A stretch of DNA of 64,000 nucleotides from Bacilli bacterium. GTDB taxonomy: Bacteria; Bacillota_I; Bacilli_A; ML615J-28; CAG-698. The stretch spans positions 40,359 to 104,358 of the forward strand of contig JAVBLL010000003.1 of NCBI GenBank assembly GCA_031553555.1, given 5' to 3'. Of this stretch, positions 57,193-64,000 are shown piece after piece. The notes beneath the pieces are model-generated. The model searched no databases and was not told the DNA's origin. It saw only the letters and a program-made list of their open reading frames with translations. A program made the position numbers and the translations under genes. Within the stretch, counting starts at the first letter, position 1; each line of letters begins with the position of its first letter.

Positions 57193-57687
57193 ATGAAAAA
57201 TAAAATAATTAATGAATCTATATTAATGTTAAGAGACAAGGGATTAAAATTTTCAATTGATGATCTAGCAAAAAAACTTAAGATTTCAAAAAAAACTATC
57301 TACAAATATTTTGCCACTAAAGAGATGTTAGCAATAGAAATATATAAGCATTATTATAAGATACTATGTGATGAAATTAATGATATGCCATTAAAAGATA
57401 AAGATTTTGCTACTTTGATTAATATTTATTTTGATTCATTTAAAATGGTTCAGGATAGTGTTTTTAATAAATATAATCTAAATGAAACAATAAGAAGTAA
57501 TGCAATGAGCAAACATTTTTTAGTTTGGAAAAGCATTAAAGAGCATTTAATAAAAATGGAGATTGCAGAAGAAGTAATTAAAAATATGCAAGTTATTATT
57601 GATGGAACCTTCTATCAACTAGCTAGTATAAACGAAGAATTAAATGATAATATTAAAGAAATGTTGGTGAGAATTATATGGAAATAG
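57193..57687 (+). CDS. TetR-family transcriptional regulator
   Basis: FSIDDLAKKLKISKKTIYKYFATKEML HTH. Confidence 0.75.
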   Translation: MKNKIINESILMLRDKGLKFSIDDLAKKLKISKKTIYKYFATKEMLAIEIYKHYYKILCDEINDMPLKDKDFATLINIYFDSFKMVQDSVFNKYNLNETIRSNAMSKHFLVWKSIKEHLIKMEIAEEVIKNMQVIIDGTFYQLASINEELNDNIKEMLVRIIWK

Positions 57688-58904
57688 TAATACAATTATT
57701 ACAAATAGTTGCAATTATTTTTGTTGCCTTTGTTATGGGCAAAATAGTTTCAAAGCTAAAGTTACCAGCCATACTAGGCTGGTTAATTGCTGGAGTAGTA
57801 TTTGGTCCTTATTTAGCTGGAATAGTTTCCCAAGACACTATTGATTCTAATTGGTACAAAATTGTTATAAAATTTTTTGAATGTTTTGCTGGTGTAATGA
57901 TAGGTAAAGAAATAATCTTTAAAAAAATAGCTAAATCAGGTAAACAAATAATAGGAATCACCTTTGTCCAGTCAATATGGACGTTCTTAGTAGTATCGTT
58001 ATTTTTTTCTATTATTTTTGCAATAACTAATGTTCCAATATATTTAGCTTTCATCTTTGGTGGCATTGCCTTAGCAACTGCTCCAGCTCCAGCCTTATCG
58101 ATTGTTAATGAATATAAAACTAATGGGCCAGTAACCCAAACTTTAATACCACTGGCCGCAATTGATGATGTAATAGGAGTTATAGTGTTTTTTTCAGTGA
58201 TTTCAGTAATTAACGGGCTAAAAGGAACAAATGAATCATCAATATTTATGGTTCTAGGAATAGTTTCTATACCATTTATAATTGGCATAATTCTAGGATT
58301 TATAAGTTCATTAATAATAAAAATCATAAAAAATAAATATATTTGCTTTTCATCACTAATTATATTTTTAATATTTTCTACTATCTTGGGATTGGTTATT
58401 GATATTAATATATTCCATAGTTTTCAATTAAACTATTTATTAATCGGAATGGCTTTCAGTGGTACAGTTGCAAATTTAGTTAATGAGGAAAAGTTTAAAA
58501 AGATTGAAATTATGTATTCACCACTTTTATCTTTATCATTAGTTATCGTTATTGTCAATTTGGGGATGCCATTAGACTATACACTAATAGCCGGAGCAGG
58601 TTTATTAACATTTGTATATATAGTTTCGCGAGCTATGGGAAAAATTAGCGGTGCTTATTTAGGCGGTAAAATGACAAAAGCAGATGATAAAGTAACAAAG
58701 TATTTAGGTTTAACTTTATTACCACATTCAGGAGTATCTTTGGTTTTTGCAGGTATTGCTGCAACAACACTGGCTGGCATTGATTCATCCTTAGCAGCCA
58801 TAGTTTCTGGAACAATATGTGCAGCGGCTATTATTAATGAAATATTTGCTGTTATAATTGCAAAGTACGCTTTTAAACTAGCTGGTGAGCTAGGAGAAAA
58901 TTAA
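57678..58904 (+). CDS. cation/proton antiporter (Na+/H+ exchanger family)
   Basis: LKLPAILGWLIAGVVFGP is a typical N-terminus. About 11 TM helices. It overlaps the TetR gene by 10 nt. Confidence 0.85.
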   Translation: MEIVIQLLQIVAIIFVAFVMGKIVSKLKLPAILGWLIAGVVFGPYLAGIVSQDTIDSNWYKIVIKFFECFAGVMIGKEIIFKKIAKSGKQIIGITFVQSIWTFLVVSLFFSIIFAITNVPIYLAFIFGGIALATAPAPALSIVNEYKTNGPVTQTLIPLAAIDDVIGVIVFFSVISVINGLKGTNESSIFMVLGIVSIPFIIGIILGFISSLIIKIIKNKYICFSSLIIFLIFSTILGLVIDINIFHSFQLNYLLIGMAFSGTVANLVNEEKFKKIEIMYSPLLSLSLVIVIVNLGMPLDYTLIAGAGLLTFVYIVSRAMGKISGAYLGGKMTKADDKVTKYLGLTLLPHSGVSLVFAGIAATTLAGIDSSLAAIVSGTICAAAIINEIFAVIIAKYAFKLAGELGEN

Positions 58905-58965
58905 ATAAAAATGATTTGTTAAAAGGGAATATCCAGATATAAATAATTATATTATTTGGTATATA

Positions 58966-59089
58966 ATACCATGTAATATAATTTAAAAAGTGGTTATAAT
59001 AATAATGTTAGTAAGAGTGAAATATTCTTTTATTAATAAATCTCAAATTTATTTGAGTAAAAAACGTCTTGTTTAACAAGGCGTTTTTT
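58966..59089 (+). ncRNA. copy B of the repeated three-hairpin element
   Basis: Same order of hairpins as copy A. The substitutions preserve pairing (see findings). Confidence 0.45.
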
Positions 59090-59396
59090 ATACTTACATA
59101 ATTCTTATGAAAACATGATTAATAAAGAATAATCATTTTAATAATAGTTTATCATATTTTTGTTTATTTTACAAATTTTATAATGACTGCATTTTAGTTT
59201 TAATGTATTTAACAATGTTTTTATATAAAACAGCAAAAATGCAATACCGTTGTATTTATTATATTTAAATGTTGAAATATAGCAAAAAATATTGTATAAT
59301 TATATTGGCATATTATTTCACATAGAAAATAATAACCAAAATTATTATATAAATAGCATAGTTTATTACGAAAACAAAAAGGGATGAGGAGAAAAT

Positions 59397-59756
59397 ATGT
59401 TTATTTTATTTGGATGGGGTTTTAGAACTAACAAACATTTTGGTACAAGAAAAGAAAGATGTAATATTTGTGGGGGCGATGAGTATAGTTATTATAGAAT
59501 AAGAACATGGTTTACTTTGTTTTTTATTCCTATAATACCATATTCAACAAAATATATAATGGTTTGTCATCGTTGTGGAAATAGTATTGAACTTACAAGT
59601 GAACAATTTTTCCAAGAACTCAATGAACCTTTAAAGCCTCAATATGAAGAAGCCGTTGATATAACACAATCTGAACCGGTAAAGGTATATGATCGTCAAC
59701 ATTCATATATTGATGATGAAGAAGAGACTGAAGTAATTGAGACAAGTGAAGATTAG
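59397..59756 (+). CDS. zinc-ribbon membrane protein with an acidic tail
   Basis: CNICGG and CHRCGN flank a TM helix. GAGGAG RBS. Confidence 0.6.
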   Translation: MFILFGWGFRTNKHFGTRKERCNICGGDEYSYYRIRTWFTLFFIPIIPYSTKYIMVCHRCGNSIELTSEQFFQELNEPLKPQYEEAVDITQSEPVKVYDRQHSYIDDEEETEVIETSED

Positions 59757-59808
59757 TAAAAAAAATTATTGAAAATCGGATATGAATGAAAAATTTCTAA
59801 AAATAATA

Positions 59809-59848
59809 AAAAAGAAATTCTGTTTTTACAAAATAGAATTTCTTTTTT
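59809..59848 (+). terminator. rho-independent terminator
   Basis: AAAAGAAATTCT ... AGAATTTCTTTTTT. Confidence 0.8.
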
Positions 59849-60080
59849 ATTATTCAATATACAACAAAATTTTCTTATAGAATATTGAAATAAAAGAAAA
59901 ATATATAAATACTATGGGGAAAATTCTTTCTTTTGCTTGGAATTTATGATATACTTATCTAAAATGAAGTGAGGAATATATATGAAATTATGTATAGATT
60001 ATCGATGTAATAAGTTTTCGTGCGAACAAAATTTTTATAATTATTTTCATAGCTAATACTATAATGAATTGGAGGTAAAA

Positions 60081-60227
60081 ATGGCTAAATGTGAAGGTGA
60101 AGATGAGAATTTGCAAAGTTGGATAGTTGGTCATATTAGGTATTTTACAAAAGAAGGGCAATCAATGGGATATGAATTTTCTCAAGATATGCTTGTTCTT
60201 TTTGAAGAATTTGAAGTAATATATTAG
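60081..60227 (+). CDS. 48-aa ORF below the track threshold
   Basis: GGAGG lies 5 nt upstream of the ATG. It encodes MAKCEGEDENLQSWIVGHIRYF.... It could be a gene remnant. Confidence 0.3.
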   Translation: MAKCEGEDENLQSWIVGHIRYFTKEGQSMGYEFSQDMLVLFEEFEVIY

Positions 60228-60264
60228 TTTTTAATTATAATATAAGGGTAGTTAGGTAATAATA

Positions 60265-60774
60265 ATGAAATTAATTGAGCCAAATGAAAAATATTTAGAG
60301 TCTTATCAAGCAGCCATAAAAGAATATGAAGCAAATAATATTGAACATACTTTTTTTGGAACAAATAAAGTGGATATTATAAATAAAATTAGAAATTTTC
60401 ATGAAGGTATTGATTTAAAACCAGGATATGTTAAAGCAACCCATTTATGGTTAGTTGAAGATGATTGCTTCATTGGAGAGGTATCAATTAGACATGAATT
60501 AACTGAGAGTTTGTTGAAATTTGGTGGGCATATTGGTTATGGAATTAGATGCTCAAAATGGAATATGGGATATGCAACAAAAATGCTTGCTTTAGCGCTA
60601 ATATATATTAAAAAGCATTTTGTTTTTGATAAGGTTTTAATAACATGTAATATTGATAATTATGCTTCAGCAAAAGTTATTGAAAAAAATGGAGGTATAT
60701 TGCAAGACATAATTACTAATAAAATTGATGGAAAAGAACGTTTGACCAAAAGATATTGGATAAGTCTTGAATAG
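60265..60774 (+). CDS. GNAT-family acetyltransferase
   Basis: GHIGYGIRCSKWNMGYATKML and NYASAKVIEKNGG are typical GNAT core motifs. Confidence 0.8.
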   Translation: MKLIEPNEKYLESYQAAIKEYEANNIEHTFFGTNKVDIINKIRNFHEGIDLKPGYVKATHLWLVEDDCFIGEVSIRHELTESLLKFGGHIGYGIRCSKWNMGYATKMLALALIYIKKHFVFDKVLITCNIDNYASAKVIEKNGGILQDIITNKIDGKERLTKRYWISLE

Positions 60775-60828
60775 TTGCAAAACAGTGGAAATATATGAAA
60801 ATGTTAGATTAATATGGAGGAATAAAAT

Positions 60829-61557
60829 ATGAATAATAATGAATATCAAATAAATTCAAATAAAATATTAGTAAAAGTTTTTAGTTCAAAAATAGTTTTG
60901 TTTTTAGCAATCGCATATTGCATTTCAATGGCAATATCATCAATTATATCATTCTCATTTTCATTTAATAATTTAGATGATATATTAAGCGCTGGTTCAT
61001 TATCTAGTCTAGCTAGAGCATTGGAAGATATAAGACTACCGATGTTCTTATGCCCCGCTTTCGCGCCAATTGCACTAATCATCGTTTTATTTATTATGAG
61101 AAAAAATGCAAAATACAATACTACAAATTCGTTTAATGGATGTTTGGTTGTTATAAAAATTTTTGCGATTATTGGTATTGTTAATGCAGTTGGTCTAATT
61201 ATTGCATCTTTCTTTACGAATATATATATGATTATTGGTTCTATTTTGATTTTAATTTTACATATTTTAATTAATTCATCCGTAACGTCACAAAAAAATG
61301 CTTTTAATGTTGGGGTTTGTTCAACAAAATATTTAAAAACAATTGCCATTTTTTTGTTTATAATTTCAGGTTTATCTATTTTAACAAATGTTATTAATTT
61401 TGTAACGCCTTTAATTTTGATATATGTAATTATTGCCGCATTAGTTGATATTTTCTTTGGAGTTGCCATTATCTTATATGCATCAGCCGTTAGATGTATA
61501 ACATTACCATATGCCTATAATGATAATAATGAATATAAAAATGAGAATCCATTTTAA
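60829..61557 (+). CDS. hypothetical multi-pass membrane protein
   Basis: GGAGGA RBS. Five to six hydrophobic helices. Confidence 0.6.
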   Translation: MNNNEYQINSNKILVKVFSSKIVLFLAIAYCISMAISSIISFSFSFNNLDDILSAGSLSSLARALEDIRLPMFLCPAFAPIALIIVLFIMRKNAKYNTTNSFNGCLVVIKIFAIIGIVNAVGLIIASFFTNIYMIIGSILILILHILINSSVTSQKNAFNVGVCSTKYLKTIAIFLFIISGLSILTNVINFVTPLILIYVIIAALVDIFFGVAIILYASAVRCITLPYAYNDNNEYKNENPF

Positions 61558-61801
61558 AATAAATATACTTCATAAATATTGAACTATGTTTTTTATTTTG
61601 ATTAGTTATTGTAATAGGTTGTAATAAAAAGATTAGTATGTTATAATTAATTTAGGAATCGAAAATGAGTAGTAACCATTATGAAACAAATTCTCATGAA
61701 GTATAAAAAATCTATCTAATCAAACAACTAATGGTTCAAACAACTTATAGTTGTTTGATTATATTTAAAAATTAATATATAATTAACTTGGAGGTATTAA
61801 G

Positions 61802-63742
61802 ATGATTAAAAAAATTCAATTCTTATTTTTTGCTTTTTTTGTGTTATTTTTAGTTGGCTGTGTGCCAATGCCTGAAATAGTAAATCACAAATGGACCGTT
61901 TATTTTCATACTAATGGCGGTAGTGAAATTAAAAATATTGAAGTGAAACATGGTGAGCTTATTGGGGATATCACCACGATAAAAGAGGGATATATATTTA
62001 CGGGATGGTATAGTGATAGTGAAATGACAATGAGTTTTGACATTGATGTGAATTTTATAACTATGGAAATAAATTTATATGCAGACTGGGAAGTCCAAAC
62101 TTATAATGTTTCATTGAATATGCAAGGTGGTAACGGCGGTGATGAAGTTATCAATGTTACTTATAATGAATCTATGCCTATTGCAAAGGCTCCGATAAAA
62201 ACAGAATATCATTTTCAGGGATATTATGATGATTTAAATATACAGTACTATGATAAGAATATGAATAGTTGCCGTAATTGGGATAAAAGTTCAGATGATG
62301 AATTGTATGCAAAATGGGAAAAGAATGTTTATATTGTTTCGTTAAACGATAATGGCGGTTATGGTGGTAGTAAAACTGTTAATGTATCATATGGTGAGGC
62401 AATGCCTGAAGCTGTGCTTCCACAAAAAGATGGTTATATATTCCAAGGATATTATGATGATTTAAATATACAGTATTATGATGCAAATATGGATAGTGTT
62501 CATAATTGGGATAAAACTTCTAATGGAATATTAATGGCATCGTGGGAGAAGGACTACTCCTCGTCTGTTCATAAGTTATCATTTCAGTCTATAGCTGGTG
62601 GTTATAGTGTTGGTGCGAGGAATAAAGATATTGATGGAGAAATTGTCATTCCAGAAAAATATTACGGATTACCGATTATAGATATTAAGGAAAATGCCTT
62701 CTTTTATTGTGCGAAAGTTGAAAGTGTAGTTTTACCATCAACTATAAAGACAATTGGAAAAAGTGCTTTTGAGGGCTGTCAAAATCTAGAAAGCATTAAT
62801 TTCCCTGAAGGTTTGAAATCAATTGGCGGGCTTGCATTTATGCATACAGCCTTAAGAAGTGTTGTTATACCGGGAAGTATGACATCTATTAGTCATAATA
62901 CTTTTTATATTTGTGAAAGTCTAGAAACAGTTGTCCTTCATGAAAATGTTAAGAGTATTAGCAGTAGTGCGTTTGGGTGGTGTACTAATTTAACAAGCAT
63001 AAACATTCCCAATAATTGTGTTATTGGTGAAGGGGCATTTTATTTATGCAAAAGTTTGAAAACAATAGAACTTCCAAATGGAGTGCAAATAGTAGGCAAA
63101 CATATCTTTATGGACTCAGGCCTTGAAGAAATATATATTCCTGCAAGTGTAACATATATTAATGAAATGGCATTTGAAAGAAGTAAATATTTAAAAAATA
63201 TTATTGTTGATCCAAATAATAAAAATTATAAATCAATAGATGGAGTATTATTTAGCATTGATGGAAAAAGTTTAATACAATATCCATGTGGTAAAGAAGA
63301 AACATCATATACTATTCCAGATGGAGTAGTGAATATAACGGCTACTGCTTTTGCTTATTGCAAAAATTTGCAGGACATAACAATTCCTTCAACGGTTAGA
63401 ATAATAGGGCAAAGTGCATTCATGTATTGTATCAGTCTTGAAAATATAGTTATTCCAGAAGGAGTTACACAAATAGAATATGCAACTTTTGAAAAATGTA
63501 CTAATCTTAAGACAATCGTCCTTCCTGAATCATTAGTAGTAATTAAGAATTATTCTTTTGGATATTGCACTAATTTAGAAAGTATATTTATTTCAAAGAA
63601 TGTCACTGAAATGTTAGGTGCTGTTTTTGCGGATTGCATAGATTTGGTAGTGTATTGCGAAGCATCGGCTATTCCTAAAGGGTGGTCTAGCAATTTTATT
63701 CCTTCAAGTGCTACGATAATATGGGATTACAAAGGCGAATAA
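61802..63742 (+). CDS. surface lipoprotein with Listeria-Bacteroides (Flg_new) repeats and BspA-type leucine-rich repeats
   Basis: Lipobox LVGC. GYIFTGWYSD, YHFQGYYDD and GYIFQGYYDD repeats. There are many AFxxCxxLxSIxIP repeats. Confidence 0.85.
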   Translation: MIKKIQFLFFAFFVLFLVGCVPMPEIVNHKWTVYFHTNGGSEIKNIEVKHGELIGDITTIKEGYIFTGWYSDSEMTMSFDIDVNFITMEINLYADWEVQTYNVSLNMQGGNGGDEVINVTYNESMPIAKAPIKTEYHFQGYYDDLNIQYYDKNMNSCRNWDKSSDDELYAKWEKNVYIVSLNDNGGYGGSKTVNVSYGEAMPEAVLPQKDGYIFQGYYDDLNIQYYDANMDSVHNWDKTSNGILMASWEKDYSSSVHKLSFQSIAGGYSVGARNKDIDGEIVIPEKYYGLPIIDIKENAFFYCAKVESVVLPSTIKTIGKSAFEGCQNLESINFPEGLKSIGGLAFMHTALRSVVIPGSMTSISHNTFYICESLETVVLHENVKSISSSAFGWCTNLTSINIPNNCVIGEGAFYLCKSLKTIELPNGVQIVGKHIFMDSGLEEIYIPASVTYINEMAFERSKYLKNIIVDPNNKNYKSIDGVLFSIDGKSLIQYPCGKEETSYTIPDGVVNITATAFAYCKNLQDITIPSTVRIIGQSAFMYCISLENIVIPEGVTQIEYATFEKCTNLKTIVLPESLVVIKNYSFGYCTNLESIFISKNVTEMLGAVFADCIDLVVYCEASAIPKGWSSNFIPSSATIIWDYKGE

Positions 63743-63776
63743 ACCAGATTTAATTATCAGATTAAATCTGGTTTTT
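63741..63776 (+). terminator. rho-independent terminator
   Basis: AAACCAGATTTAAT ... ATTAAATCTGGTTT followed by TT. Confidence 0.8.
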
Positions 63777-63837
63777 CTATTACCTATATGGTATAATAAA
63801 ATTATTTAATACAAAAAAAGATTAAGGAGTGTAATAT

Positions 63838-64000
63838 ATGGAATTAAAATATAAAGTAATGAAAGAATTTGATTTGAATCAAATAAAAGAGATTTATCAA
63901 GCATGTATGTGGAAATCATATTTAAATAATGATGAACAATTATTAGAATCATTTAATTCATCTATTTATATTTATGGAGCCTATAGCGAGAACAAACTAA
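63838..64000 (+). CDS. 5-prime part of a CDS running off the window (possibly a GNAT-type acetyltransferase)
   Basis: AAGGAG RBS. The frame is open to the window end. The family call rests on weak N-terminal resemblance only. Confidence 0.45.
   Translation, partial: MELKYKVMKEFDLNQIKEIYQACMWKSYLNNDEQLLESFNSSIYIYGAYSENKL

Noticed and set aside
57809-58327. 172-aa minus-strand ORF
   Set aside because: It is antisense to the cation/proton antiporter gene. It is a shadow ORF with no RBS.
60846-61469. 207-aa minus-strand ORF
   Set aside because: It is antisense to the 242-aa membrane protein gene, which has a GGAGGA RBS. The direction cannot be proven from sequence alone, but plus-strand operon polarity and the RBS favour the plus ORF.
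1-64000. Alternative genetic code (UGA = Trp), considered because of the Mollicutes-like pot operon and extreme AT content
   Set aside because: Well-supported genes end in TGA at ATGA overlaps (8018-8020 and 50508-50510). The only tRNA-Trp seen has a CCA anticodon. The standard-code ORFs are full length.

Overview
Very AT-rich, standard-code (UGA is a stop; tRNA-Trp has a CCA anticodon) Bacillota/Mollicutes-like chromosome segment. From 1 to about 15.3 kb and from 48.8 to 64 kb the content is ordinary. It includes DegV, an XRE-cupin regulator with potABCD, two further ABC transporters, SDR, cytidine deaminase, PHP and HAD hydrolases, TetR with a cation/proton antiporter, GNATs and a BspA-type LRR lipoprotein. 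The notable part starts at a tRNA-Trp/tRNA-His pair (15309-15477). The 3-prime end of tRNA-His and its downstream terminator flank recur as direct repeats at about 18.86, 21.47, 23.75 (flank only) and 34.03 kb (degenerate). These repeats delimit a tandem array of integrase-less islets. Islet A holds an IS3-type transposase and a split OLD/AbiL/PARIS-like pair (ABC-type ATPase plus RloB/TOPRIM-like protein). Islet B holds a RES-domain protein with an overlapping small ORF, plus a DUF4238 protein. Islet C holds a Fur-family regulator behind a perfect 20-bp inverted repeat, plus a PTPS/QueD paralog. Islet D holds a 5-prime-truncated, GC-rich RHS/YD-repeat toxin with a C-terminal CAE...CxxC deaminase-like domain, followed by at least six immunity-type genes. 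Four copies of a roughly 100-bp junction module separate those genes. Each module is a strong hairpin followed by TTGACA-18 nt-TATAAT, and the same promoter-like sequence lies inside the RHS coding sequence at the core/toxin boundary. Other points are a SatD/DUF3307 pair behind three 29-bp tandem operator-like repeats, and a roughly 125-nt three-hairpin element present twice with compensatory substitutions (candidate sRNA). There is also an orphan 686-aa coiled-coil/2-TM protein, an XRE-TPR (RRNPP-like) regulator and a PEP-utilising phosphotransferase operon. All family assignments come from motif recognition by eye; no searches were run.
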